Source: Carpediemonas membranifera BICM (lineage: Eukaryota; Protista; Fornicata). Taken from it: a DNA stretch of 64,000 bases. Location: the NCBI GenBank assembly GCA_019828565.1, contig JAHDYR010000021.1, positions 154,982 through 218,981 of the forward strand, given 5' to 3'. Made by a program: the position numbers and the translations under genes. Position 1 is the first letter of the stretch; each line of letters begins with the position of its first letter. Shown here piece after piece: positions 25,406 to 36,390 of the stretch. The notes under the pieces are model-generated. The model saw only the letters and a list, made by a program, of their open reading frames with translations. It ran no database searches and was not told the DNA's origin.

Positions 25406-25831
25406 CGGCGGGGGTGGTGACCGGCGCCCCTGTCATGCCAAAGTTTGGCCAGTGATATTTCAGAAGCCATCGGTTGGATATCACCCGATTTTTTCAGTGC
25501 CGCCACCATTGACGAAGCTCCTAACGCGTTCTTTATGCGAAAATGAGTCGGTGGTGACCAAGAATTGCTCCAGCACGGTACCAGCCACCCGGTCACCCGC
25601 ACTTCGACATGATAGAGTCCCGCTATGGTCCACAAACGCAGTTGTCAAGTGAGTCAAGTGAACTAATCAGACAATCCCACAACAGCTGCGGGACCAGCTC
25701 AGCAAAGGACAGCAGAGACCCGCCCCGCTCCAGACCCGGCGGTATTGAAGTAGAGGCACAGCTTCGTGTCCTCTAGCTACGTCTTGAACTGTGCTTAAAG
25801 CAGCGACGACATTGCAACATATCCTAGTCGC

Positions 25832-26190
25832 TCAATCAATGTTCAACTCGCTGAGCTTCCAGTCCTCATACGACCGATCGGGCAGGTATCTCCGAATGAT
25901 CATGGGGATCTTCGGGGGCTTGGCAGCGAGCTCCATCTCGGCAACCTCGAGGGGGTCGGTGACACCTGGCTTCACATTGATCATCGCAGGGGCGTTCATG
26001 GAGAGCTGAAGAGCACGTGCACCAAGAATACGAGCGCGTTCGTATTTCGTGAGATAAGGAGTGGTTTGGCGCTCCTCAAGAGGCTATGTAAGAAAGCTGG
26101 TGTTCCCCTTGCTGTAGGAGAGCAAAGAGATGTTAAACAGACAATTTCTACGGACTCAATAGGCTCGATGACGTCAACGTTGTCGTTCAT
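25832..26190 (-). CDS. RPB6: RNA polymerase I/II/III shared subunit RPB6 (intron near the 5' end; not seen as one ORF in the track)
   Basis: Manual translation gives [26 protein letters not shown]...[10 protein letters not shown]...[23 protein letters not shown]. Confidence 0.93.
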
Positions 26191-26558
26191 CGCTTTGGGG
26201 CACTGATGGTGAGCTTTGAAGCCGTTTTCACATTTTTTATTTTATTCAAGCAAAACGCGCGTCCACGCAACGGTAACCAAGGCGGGGAGGGGGGGGTATG
26301 TGCGCTTAGATCGGGGGAGCGGGCTGAGGGGTGGTTTTTAGGAGAGTCTGTTGGACAGCAACTTATCCTGCACCGCCTTTGTCCAGTTTTTCCTGAAATA
26401 ATGAAGCACCGCAATAGAGTCAACCACGCGTGGTAATTCCGTTGGTCATGCCGTCCAGTGGTGCTACCAGCCTCTCCCGTCCCTGCCTGAACCATGCTGG
26501 TTGGGTGCTTTGACCAGCGTTGAAACAGGGCACTCAAATGACGAACGGAACACTACGC

Positions 26559-28209
26559 ATGCCGTTGTTCCTTCTTCTCGCTCTATTCGCTGTGGTAAGC
26601 GCGGAAGTAGTCCCTGGCTCTGTTATCATGCAGAGTGGATCCCTTGTATTCCAGAACAAGGAAGACGCGAAGGCTATTGCTTCCGGTACGTTAATACCAC
26701 TCAGTTTCTCACACAGGCAACTTTGAAGATGTTATGAACAGCACAGGATGGTCCTACCTCCACGTCACTACGAACGGCGATTACAAGGATGGCTACCAAG
26801 CCATCTCTGCAGGCTACCTCGAGGGCTATCTCACCGCTGACCTTCTCGAGGCGCAGTGGCACAACTACCACGACCACTTCGTCTCGTACTTCACTGACAA
26901 CCAGGTTCCCGACGCTGTGATCACATTTTTCACAGACCACTACTCCTACATGGTTCAGCAGACCCAGATGAAGGCGTACAGCGACGACTACTGGTACCAG
27001 GTCATGCTCAGACTCAAGGAGCTGCAGGGTATGACCGACGGCTACAATGCCGCGGGCAAGAAGACGCAGCTTTCCGTCATCGACATGCTCATGATGACTT
27101 CCGAGGGTGACTGCTACGAGATCGTCCCCGCGGTCATGCAGGCCGCTGAGAAGGACACGCGCCTGTCCATCCCCGACTTCCAGGCCTTCGACATCGAGGC
27201 CGAGCGCCACTTCCACTTCCGGACGCACTGCAGCGCCCTGATCAAGCTCTCGGGGAACGAGGTCGCCGCAGGCCACACTACATGGACCCAGATGAGTGAG
27301 ATGGTTCGCGTTTACAAGTCTTTTGAGTACAACTTCTCGACAGGCAAGGCAAAGTACTCGTTCTCCTCCAAGCCCGGCATGCTGTTCAGCAAGGACGACT
27401 ACTACACCGTCGAGACCCCCGCTGGCCACAAGATGGTGGTGATGGAGACCACCAACAGCATCATGAACACGACGCTGTACCAGTTCGTCAAGCCGCAGAC
27501 GCTGCTGACCTGGATGAGAGTGCCGCTCGCCATCAGGATGGCCGCGACGCCCCAGCAGTGGTTCGAGGTGTTCGAGAAGGAGAACAGCGGCACGTACTGC
27601 AACCAGTGGATGGTGTTGGACACGAAGATGATCAACGCCGACGGGACCATGCAACCCGGGTCCTTCTTTGTCGGCGAGCAGATCCCAGGATACGTCCACT
27701 ACGCTGATATGACGGCCGTGCTCAACGAGCAGGGCTACTGGCCGTCCTACAACATCCCGTACTTCAAGGACATCTACACCGTCAGTGGCTACCCCAACGC
27801 CGTCGCAAAGAAGGGCGACGGCTACTCGTACACCAAGTGCCCCCGCGCCCGCCTCTTCGCCGAGCACCAGGCGACTGCCACTGGTGCCCAGGGCGTCTTC
27901 GACCTCCTCCGCTACAACGACCCCACCGACCCCGTCCAGAACGGGTCCCCAGCCGCAGCCATCGCCTCTAGATACGACCTGCTGCCCCCTACTGACCCCC
28001 TGCACGCGGCATTCGGTGCCATTGACGCGAAGACCACGGATTCTTCGCTGCTGAGGACCAAGAGCCTCGAGACGGCCTCGCTGATCCAGTCGGGCCCAAC
28101 CCACAACAACGGCCGGCCGGCCTTCAGCTGGAGCGGGTATGTAGGGCAGACGTTCACACACCTGGGCATGCCCGACGCATGGAGCATGCCTCAGGTGCAG
28201 AGCAAGTAA
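26559..28209 (+). CDS. Phospholipase B-like (Ntn-hydrolase) protein with signal peptide; intron near 26686-26717
   Basis: MPLFLLLALFAVVSA signal, TGWSYL, AGYLEGYLT, HCSALIK, GHTTW, SKDDYY, METTN, NSGTYCNQW, YWPSYNIPYF, LRYND, GAIDAK. Confidence 0.92.
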
Positions 28210-28597
28210 ATATTTTTTCTCAAACAAAGCCAGACATGTGGGTGTGCATAAGGGTGTGAAGGGTGTGTTAATAGCAAATCTATTTAAGCCAAAATCGCCT
28301 CTGATCGTGACGAAGGCCTACCCAATCGCAGGAAAATCCATTGATTTGGGAGTGTTACCCACGACATTCAAAGTTGGCAACAGACAAGACAATCTCCAAC
28401 TCCAGTTTCGTATGAATAGGTAAGGTCGGATTGATCATTTGGGCCAGAACTGGCGGAAGGTCTCGTTGGGCTCACAACTTAGACCAGAAGGTTGGCCAGA
28501 AAATCGAGATATATCGAGATAAAATCGCCATAATTGGCGCCGTTGACCAACTTTGAAAGACTACACCACACAATTGAACCGGAATCGGCACCAAGAC

Positions 28598-29215
28598 ATG
28601 GTTTTTGAACTAGTTCTTTATGTCAATGGATTAGAAGCAGCTGTAAGCCTAATGGTGCGTGCTGGCTTCTTCACTGCCTCCCAAATCCGCGAACAGTTTG
28701 TCGACGTCGCCGACCAGCCCAGCGTCGGTCTAAACAAGGACACCATCGAGGAAGACATCAATAAGATCATCAGGGAGACGCTCTCAAAGCTTAAGGAGGA
28801 GTCTAAGTCGTGGCCTGAGGAGACAGACAACGACCGTCTCTCCCGAGCGTTCAAGAACTTGAATGCTGTCGGCATCAAGGCTGTCGAGTGCTTCGGCTAC
28901 GAGAAATCTGATGGAAATGAACTATATCACAAGATCAAGAACAAGAAGCGTTTCCGAGGATATTGCTTTTACCACCGCCAAGACGTCATCACCGCCGTCA
29001 GAAATGGCGGCGTCGCCATCAGATTCGACACAACCAAGCCAAAGACCATCGCCGAAGAGCAGGCCGAGATCGGCCGGCTGGTCCAGTCTGCCCTGGTGAA
29101 CGTCGGGCTGGAGACGGATTGGAACGGCACAGCTGGAAGAGTTATTTGGGTCAAACCGTTCGAATGGTGTAAGAGAGAGGCGCTGTCGATGGCTGCTGAG
29201 GAGGAGGTCGAATAA
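28598..29215 (+). CDS. DUF6891-like protein (family known to me mainly from bacteria)
   Basis: SWPEETDNDRLSRAFKNLNAVGI..FG...DG, GYCFYHRQD, GLETDWNG. Confidence 0.65.
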   Translation: MVFELVLYVNGLEAAVSLMVRAGFFTASQIREQFVDVADQPSVGLNKDTIEEDINKIIRETLSKLKEESKSWPEETDNDRLSRAFKNLNAVGIKAVECFGYEKSDGNELYHKIKNKKRFRGYCFYHRQDVITAVRNGGVAIRFDTTKPKTIAEEQAEIGRLVQSALVNVGLETDWNGTAGRVIWVKPFEWCKREALSMAAEEEVE

Positions 29216-29346
29216 GTGGAGTGGTTCATAAACATAACAAAAGAGTGAAGACTTAAGATGAAGTATTGGTGAACGACGTGAACGTATCGATGGGCAATGC
29301 TGAGAGGCTGCACGGTTATGACAATGGATGCATGGAGTCCCAAAGC

Positions 29347-30090
29347 TCAGTACTCCTTAGGCTTCTCGAACCCCATCCTGACACAAGCGGCCCACGATAC
29401 GGTCTCATGGCAACCTGGGCACTCGAACTCGGTCGGGACCAGGCCGTCTGGCACATCCTTGAGTGCCCAAGCTGCCAGACACTCTGGGTGAGCTGGTATA
29501 TAACATAGGGGGCATCCTACAGTGTCCCCGGAGACAGCGCAGTCGCATATGGAGCACACAGCTCTGGTGCCGTCCTCAGCGATGTCCAGCGCACACGCGC
29601 TCTTGTCGAGGAAAATGCACTTGTCCAGCGGCCCTGTAGTGACAGGCATGTGTTTCCCTAGGACTAACGGGATGTCCTCGGCCCACGGGTGTGGGTTCAC
29701 CCAGTGCACAGCGAGCGGCATGAGAGACCACGGTGGGGTCTGAAGCATGAGTTTTAGGACATTCATGGAGTAGGTGACGAGGTTGTGGCGGCCGAAGCTC
29801 TTGCCGCTGACGATATCCCGCAGGAGGACGGAGTCGGTGGGGTATGTCCAGTTCCATTCGAACTGGAGGCCGGCGATGTTGTTACTGAAGCCATGTACGA
29901 AGCATATGACTTGCCACGGCTTCTTTTTGCTGGTTCTACGAGCTCCGTTAGCGATTTGGCCGTTGTGCTGTCGAATACGGCGTTGCATGTTGACTGTGTA
30001 GCCGATGTACGCGTGATTGAGATACTTCTCGTTCAAGCAACCAAGGAGGTAGCATCCATGGAAGCCATCGGGCCCAGTGAACACATTCAT
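29347..30090 (-). CDS. SLX1: Structure-specific endonuclease SLX1 (GIY-YIG plus C-terminal RING-like Zn finger)
   Basis: GCYLL..YIGYTVNMQRRIRQHNG..GARRT..PW..HGF..LQFEWNW; Cys-rich C-terminus. Confidence 0.92.
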   Translation of the reverse strand: MNVFTGPDGFHGCYLLGCLNEKYLNHAYIGYTVNMQRRIRQHNGQIANGARRTSKKKPWQVICFVHGFSNNIAGLQFEWNWTYPTDSVLLRDIVSGKSFGRHNLVTYSMNVLKLMLQTPPWSLMPLAVHWVNPHPWAEDIPLVLGKHMPVTTGPLDKCIFLDKSACALDIAEDGTRAVCSICDCAVSGDTVGCPLCYIPAHPECLAAWALKDVPDGLVPTEFECPGCHETVSWAACVRMGFEKPKEY

Positions 30091-30556
30091 CCACGCTCTC
30101 GCGCACGCCAGCGTTATCCTGCGTTTTCGTCAGCTGAAGTCTGCTACAGACGATTGAGAGTTACTTTACTGCTTGCACTGTGCACTCAATGATACTTCAT
30201 CAGCTTCCACTCGACTCCCACGCCCCTGGCGTTGACCGCAGAATCAGTCACACTGTCAGTCTCAACAATCCATCCATCCATCTGCCGGTATCACTTCGGT
30301 TCCAGCACCGCAACATCTTGTGACTCACGAGATTCAGCTCCCAGGGTCAAGACAGAACAACGCTGACACTGATTTAGTATTCACTCCGAGAGGTCTCACA
30401 TTCGGGCATTGGCATCAGATGATGATAGTCGTCGCTGTCAGGCCGCTGCCGTGAAACCCCTCCCAGACAGAACCTGGGTTGACTCAACGACACGATTGAA
30501 ATGGTCACGATGAGCAATGATGTCTATAACATATGCTGTGTCGTCCGTTGCTACCC

Positions 30557-30976
30557 CTACACGCCAACGGGATTGAACGATGGTCGAACAGTAAACAGGG
30601 CGCGTCGCCGCACCACGGCGCTGATGGAGTATGACGTGTGGTGCTGGGCGCTGTTGTCCACCGCACCGACGATGGCCTGGGACTGCATGGTCTTGAGCCG
30701 CTCCTCGTCAGCGGAGATGGCCGCCTCGACGTCCCGCTGGCGCTTCATCACAAGGAACGGCTTTTGAAGCGTCTCCCACTTGCCAATAAGCCTGTGAAAT
30801 CCTGAGATAAGCACGGGTTTGCCGTCCTCTTCAACAAGGTTGCCGATCTCGCGCCCTTGACGTTGTTCTGAGGACACATCGAAGTGCCCCTGGAACTCGA
30901 AAAGCACCCACTCATCGATCGCTCCAGTACGGTTAAATATGGGAATTGGCTTCGTTATGTTCCTCGTGGTTCTCAT
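30557..30976 (-). CDS. CTF8: Ctf8 (Ctf18-RFC cofactor)
   Basis: EWVLFEFQG, IGNL, LISGFHRLIGKWETLQKPFLVM, AVVRRRALFTVRP. Confidence 0.85.
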   Translation of the reverse strand: MRTTRNITKPIPIFNRTGAIDEWVLFEFQGHFDVSSEQRQGREIGNLVEEDGKPVLISGFHRLIGKWETLQKPFLVMKRQRDVEAAISADEERLKTMQSQAIVGAVDNSAQHHTSYSISAVVRRRALFTVRPSFNPVGV

Positions 30977-31014
30977 GGTCGATATTGAAGCAATTTGGCG
31001 GACTGCGTCGCCTC

Positions 31015-31049
31015 TGTTGCGCAGTATAAACACATTGTTCGAACCTCCA
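31015..31049. repeat. Direct repeat, downstream end of Fanzor A
   Basis: tgttgcgcagtataaacacattgttcgaacctcca. Confidence 0.9.
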
Positions 31050-31093
31050 GACAGGGCCTGAAAGGAACGATCAAAGTGCCAAACTGCACAACA

Positions 31094-32374
31094 TCATCCG
31101 TCCGTAGACGAATGTTGGCGGTTAGCCAATTGATGATGCTGGAATGATGTTGGAAGGCGCGGGATCGATGTGCGACTGAACGGAGAGCCACTGAGCTCAT
31201 CTTCCGTGGCAAGAGAACGCCACAGGATGTCTCTGCAGCACTCTTGTCCCGATGATCAACATTCAGAGCATCAGGAACTGTTGCGCGCCACTGAGCACCA
31301 CGGCACTGTGGATTTTCGCAGAGCATCACACGATGTGGGTGAACGTGCTGGTCATCACGCGGACGAACTCGCTTGTAGGGGGCGTGGCAGTGAGGGCAGA
31401 CGACGGTGGTGCGATCCTCGTTAACCATGTTAAGATCGACGACAATGTTATACCCCTTGAGAAGGGAACTATCTCTCTCGCGAACTTTCGATATGGCGCG
31501 CAAGGAATGAACATACCAGCAGGCGTGGTGAATCCCGAGCTCCCGTAGAAGACTTTCAGGCGAATGGGGGTGGCGATGGGATGGTGGCGACCGAACTCCC
31601 GAGCCAACTGTTGGCCGCAGCGGGCGAAGTGCTTCTGGCGAAGGATGTGGTTCGCAAAGCGCACTAGGCGGAAAGACTTACGCATTCCAGCCTCGAAAAT
31701 GTCGTTCGCGTTGTCCAGCACAAACCTCATAGAGTTGTTGATACTCACTAGTCTTGTACTCTTGAACGACGCGGCCGTCATATCAAAGCCGAAACTTGGC
31801 GTCTTAGTGTATCCGCACTTTGGAAGGACGCCGGAGCTGGTGGTGCCATCGGGGTGCCTGATGTAATACCCTCCGATGGACCTCGCGCCCGGGTCGAACC
31901 CCATGAGGTGGGCATCAGGATCCGGCGCGGGCGGAGCATCGGCATTATTGGTCCCGAGTCGGGGGCGCTCTTTCTCCCGCCATTTCGCTCGCTTTCGAAC
32001 AGGCATGCTCGCATCATGTTGTGGCCGATAGTGGCCGAAGCCTCTCTAATCGTCACCGCCACACAGACCCCATCGGTGCTCAGGCTGAGCAGACGGCCCA
32101 TTGACCTGGGGTTGTTCTGGTATGGGTCCTCCTGCTCTTCTGTCAACGGTTTGGTGGCGTGTGGGAGTGTGGGATTAATTCCCACACGATGACAGAAGTT
32201 CTCGTTCAGTTGGCCCATCGTTTCACCGTAGGCCATGAAGCCCGGTCGGACGGGGGCCATGGGCACGATCGGCACGAGGCGAGGCTGGCGGAGCGACATC
32301 GAGTACTCCCCGTTGAAGTGGCTGATGAGGCCACTCAACGTCTCCACTCCGTCTGCAATTGCCCAGACGCACAC
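31094..32374 (-). pseudogene. Fanzor/TnpB-like RuvC nuclease A; at least 3 frameshifts, N-terminal part largely missing relative to locus B
   Basis: STDGVCVAV; RuvC-I GFDPGARS; VFYG; RuvC-II VNEDRTT plus CPHC...CENPQC Zn finger; RuvC-III HRDKSAAE(NILW restored by +1 nt); co-linear with locus B (PMAPVRPGFM, KCGYTxTPSF, FANHxLRxKHFAR, CAPYR). Confidence 0.88.
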
Positions 32375-32579
32375 ATGTAGAGCCGACGATGAACACCATT
32401 ACCAGCATATACAAGTGTAGAAGTGAATTTAATGTGGAATAGAAGACAATGAGACGACGTGTGAGCGATTGTGAAGTTTGCAGCTGTGCTGACGTCCACG
32501 AAGAAGACGCTTTGTGGAAGCCCTGGAGAAGACGATCTCCCTACCGACTTAAGACGTGAGTAGGAGGGAGACAGGGCAG

Positions 32580-32614
32580 TGTTGCGCAGTATAAACACAT
32601 TGTTTGACCCTTCA
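32580..32614. repeat. Direct repeat, upstream end of Fanzor A
   Basis: tgttgcgcagtataaacacattgtttgacccttca (first 25 bp identical to 31015-31039). Confidence 0.9.
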
Positions 32615-32820
32615 ATTGCACAGCCTCGAGTTGCTAAAACTGCGAAATCCTGCTCACTCGCGGCGTGCTCCAAAGCGCAACCTCTGGGAGCTAACCGTCC
32701 ACGTCCAGACAGGCTGATGCCCGAGTCTTGCAGGTCTGACCAGCCCTACTGACAACCGCACCTGAAGCAACTGCAATCCAAAGAGGGCAAGGGCTGAAAC
32801 TTGCATTTACACGAAACAGC

Positions 32821-33571
32821 TTACACCCCTTCCATCTCCTCCGTGCCGACCATGCGGGGCACAGCGTTCTCCCCGCTCACAACCATGACCTCGAGGTCGC
32901 CGACGACAACCTCGTTGCCAATAGCGTCGCGCATGGCAGCAACGGCGAGCTTGATGGCACCGTTCAGTGAGAGGTCGGCGGGCTCAGTGGCATCCTCGCC
33001 GAGGGACTTCTCGAGGAACGCGGTCAGCTCGGTCTCCTTATTCCCGAGGGCGCAGGCCTTGTAGCCCACAGAGGTTCCAGCCGGGTCTGTGCGGTACAGA
33101 GCGGGGCCGCGCTCGATGTCGATGCCGAAGAAGAGGCCGGCACATCCGTGGGGCCGCATCCACGTCTGCTGTGTCTTCGTGGCGGCCTTGTCGGCCATCC
33201 TCTGAGCAACAAGGTCGACGGGCATTTCGTAGCCGTAGTTGTACATGAACTCTGCTGATTCTGACCGCGCATCTGCCGCTATAGCCAGGGAATCGGCGCT
33301 CATACCGACGGCAGCGAGGGCGACATGCTCGGAAATGCGGTGGAAGCAGGTGATGCTCGATGGATCGAACAGTTTGTCTGAGACCTTCTTGTGTACCGCA
33401 ATAACTACGCAATCATCGCCCCTAATTGCCACAGTGGAGGCTCCGACGTTCCTGATAGCCTTAAAGACGTATTCTGCGTGAGAGAAAAGCATGGAACGCA
33501 CCTATCTGGTACAGACGTCCCTCAGGACTGAAGATGGTGATTTGTCTGTCGAAACCGCTGCTCCGGGACAT
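32821..33571 (-). CDS. PSMA6: 20S proteasome subunit alpha-1 (PSMA6/Scl1); intron near 33475-33501
   Basis: GFDRQITIFSPEGRLYQI|EYVFKAI, KKVSDKL, YGYEMPVD, MRPHG, TDPAG..GYKA. Confidence 0.92.
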
Positions 33572-33796
33572 GATCAATGGTTGGATGTCATAAACTGCTG
33601 ATCTGTACAGCTCGCTAGGACGGTGCGCATGGGTGCGTCAAGGGTCAGGGGCATCTCTCTGATGAAGTACCAGCTGGGTTTGGTTTCGGTGCTTAGAGAC
33701 TGCTGGTGTTTGCTGGCTCACAAGCAGTTCACTACTAACAGCTCGTATCCTCCTCCCTGACTGATATGTAGGGCCTGCTAGACATAAAACACACAC

Positions 33797-34600
33797 ATGC
33801 TAGACCAGCACGGGCTCTCCTTTTCTCACGGTTATCCTGCGTCGGCAAACATGGATCCAAGCTTGCTAGACTATCAACTGGCAAAGACCGGGGAAAACAA
33901 GTCCGAGGTCATTGATCCTTTGGCCATACAGCTTGTCCTGGACATATATCATCCCGAGAATAGCCATGGACGCGGCATATTTGACGCAATCGATGTTTTC
34001 GAGCAACGGGCGGAGAAATCGATGACGTTCGACACCACAATGCCGCCAAAGATGGTTAACGCAGACGTGGCCACGTCCACTGACGAGCTCGATGACCTTT
34101 TCGACGTTCCTTTCGCCGGAGAGGACCTCATGTTCGGTGACGCCGCGGGCCTCAGGACTGCTATATCCCTCATGCTCGACGCCGCTGAGACGTATGAGAT
34201 CGTGGAGCCCCTACATCACATCATCCGGGACAGCCAGCACCGTCCGCCCGAGCTGAGCGGCATCACCTCCCACCTGCCTCTTGAGAAGCACGAGCCGAGG
34301 CTTGCCCGCAACAGCAAGCCGAGCCCGACAGACTCGCCCATGGTGAAGACCTCGGCCTACCTCACGGTGCGGGCCGGTGCGACTGGCGGGCCCCCGAAGC
34401 CGCCCCAGCCGATTGACTACATCATCAAAGCCGTACGAGAGCTTGACCCGACCTTCAACGTCACCCCGCCCGGCAGACCCCCAGCCCGGCCCCCTGGGAT
34501 GTCTGTGGAGGACTACGAGGCTGTGTACCGAGAGATTGGACTCAGCATGCCGAAGACTGTGGATAATCGCCCAAGTTTGTACCAGATGGTGGTCAGGTGA
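33797..34600 (+). CDS. Hypothetical protein
   Basis: 267-aa ORF with host-like codon usage; no recognised motif. Confidence 0.6.
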   Translation: MLDQHGLSFSHGYPASANMDPSLLDYQLAKTGENKSEVIDPLAIQLVLDIYHPENSHGRGIFDAIDVFEQRAEKSMTFDTTMPPKMVNADVATSTDELDDLFDVPFAGEDLMFGDAAGLRTAISLMLDAAETYEIVEPLHHIIRDSQHRPPELSGITSHLPLEKHEPRLARNSKPSPTDSPMVKTSAYLTVRAGATGGPPKPPQPIDYIIKAVRELDPTFNVTPPGRPPARPPGMSVEDYEAVYREIGLSMPKTVDNRPSLYQMVVR

Positions 34601-34791
34601 GGTATTTGCTACAATAGTGCTGTTATTATAAACAAGTCATGCCTCTGAAGCGATTGAGTGCAGCGACTCCCTGCGTGATCCGAATGCTCGTCCAGACCTG
34701 GACATATGTTGTTTAAATACCTATGTCGCACTCTAGAGACGGTATAACCAGAAATTTTACGCTTGAAATCATACCATATCAAAAATCCAAG

Positions 34792-36084
34792 TCAACCCTC
34801 GACCACCTCGACCTCGCGCTTCTCGACTACAACTTCCTTGCAAAACTCAATAAACCTTTCCGCATAGTAGTGCGGGTTAACAGCGCTCACCGCGTGTCTG
34901 TCGTGAACAACACCCTTTGCCCTGTTTTCCAACACCTTGGTAACATTCCACTTAGTCAAAAGGTCGATGACTCCCACAAAATAAAGCTCGCTCCCGTCTT
35001 CAGACCACAGTCCGCCGTCCTCCGACTGGAATACAGACACGAGCAGCTTCTTGGTCAGGTGCTGCAGCAGGATGGGGTGTGGCACAGTGAGGTCACTCAG
35101 TTGGAACTGTCCCGCCTGGGAGAGCGGCCGGAAAGGCGCTGTCTCCTCATTGGGCGCTACCGGGATCCGTCGGCGGTGGTTGAGTCTGATAGTAGCGGGG
35201 GCGACCGGGCCTGAGGCTGCGGCATCTCCCTCACCCGACCCCTCGGGCTGAGGGGAAACAGAGTCGATCCCCAGTCGGGTCGGAGTCCGTGTGGCCTTGG
35301 TCACGTCTGGGTCGGCTGGGGTGAGTGGCTTTGGGATCGTCCGCTTGATGTGGATGCCAAGGAGGAGCGAGTAGTCCATTAGGCCCAGACCCGCTAGGAA
35401 CTGGCAGTCTAGTTCTAGCTGGCGGAGGAGGAGCTGCTGCTTGCGGCTGTCGAGTCTGATCTTCCGCTTCCACCGGATCATGTCCAGGTCCTTCAAGGTC
35501 TTGCCCACGTCCCTGTCCGACATTGCTTCAGTCCTCGTTGTCCGGCCAACAGTGCTGCCTTTCAGGTCATACACGATGTCGACGTCAAGCGGTGTGTCGA
35601 AGACGTTGTTCATCACGACGATGTGGACCTTGCTCTGGTGCCTCGGGTTCACACGGTGGAGCCCGAAATAGCGGGTAATGAGCGTGTGCGGGTGCCGGAC
35701 GAAGTGGGCGTAGTACTCTGGCAGGATAGAACGCAGGAACTTGCTCTCAGACTTGCTCATCGTCTTGATCATGTAGGTGTGATCGTGAGAAGAAAAGAAC
35801 GCCGAGCCTGACTTGCCGGGCGACGGGAGGCCAAGGAGAGATGACTCGCCGCAGATGGAGAGCATATAATCGGCGGCGTCAACACCAAAGTGGTTGCGGA
35901 GGGCCCGGAATACTTTGGGGGCATAGTCCTTGAACTGTGTGAGACGAGTGACGGCAACAAACCTTGAAACTGGTGCTCTTGTGTGCTGGCGTGCGTAAGC
36001 CACCTTGTCTAGGCAGCTTGATCTTATTTGCTTGCCGAAAGTCTTCAAGAACGATCTCCCCCGGACGATTTGGCGTGATCGCAC
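34792..36084 (-). CDS. Phosphatidylinositol-4-phosphate 5-kinase (5' exons upstream unresolved)
   Basis: FKDYAPKVFRALR, SPGKSGSAFF, YMIKT, VVMNN, YDLKGS, LKDLD, MDYSLLLGIH, YFVGVIDLL, SAVNP..YAERF. Confidence 0.93.
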   Translation of the reverse strand: MRSRQIVRGRSFLKTFGKQIRSSCLDKVAYARQHTRAPVSRFVAVTRLTQFKDYAPKVFRALRNHFGVDAADYMLSICGESSLLGLPSPGKSGSAFFSSHDHTYMIKTMSKSESKFLRSILPEYYAHFVRHPHTLITRYFGLHRVNPRHQSKVHIVVMNNVFDTPLDVDIVYDLKGSTVGRTTRTEAMSDRDVGKTLKDLDMIRWKRKIRLDSRKQQLLLRQLELDCQFLAGLGLMDYSLLLGIHIKRTIPKPLTPADPDVTKATRTPTRLGIDSVSPQPEGSGEGDAAASGPVAPATIRLNHRRRIPVAPNEETAPFRPLSQAGQFQLSDLTVPHPILLQHLTKKLLVSVFQSEDGGLWSEDGSELYFVGVIDLLTKWNVTKVLENRAKGVVHDRHAVSAVNPHYYAERFIEFCKEVVVEKREVEVVEG

Positions 36085-36390
36085 CGACAGTGAGCCTGAT
36101 TCCTGCGTTATAATGCGAAGAATGATGCATACCCGTTTGAATGTTATGTTTAAGTGCCGCTGGATCGTTGATTTTCATCCGTCCTTCAGCTTGTCGTGGT
36201 GATGATGGGTTAACCTGCCACGGCTTCTCGCCCAAGCCAGCAGGCGAGCAATGTCGTAGCCTTGGTACCACAGGCGCCCAGGACGAATTCACCACTTTTC
36301 TCGCGCTGGCCCCTGCCTAATGCCTCACCAAGTCCTCGCACGCAACCTCAACACGCACACCACACCAACTCAGCCCCCGTAAAAAGCTAT

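Larger units (their letters stand above)
31015..32614 (-). mobile_element. Fanzor element A (1.6 kb, non-autonomous, degraded), bounded by 35-bp direct repeats
   Basis: Contains a Fanzor pseudogene; 31015-31049 and 32580-32614 are 32/35 identical; lies between PSMA6 and CTF8. Confidence 0.75.

Noticed and set aside
29347-30090. GIY-YIG nuclease as partner of Fanzor A
   Set aside because: It is a standard SLX1 orthologue, outside the direct repeats and separated from the element by CTF8
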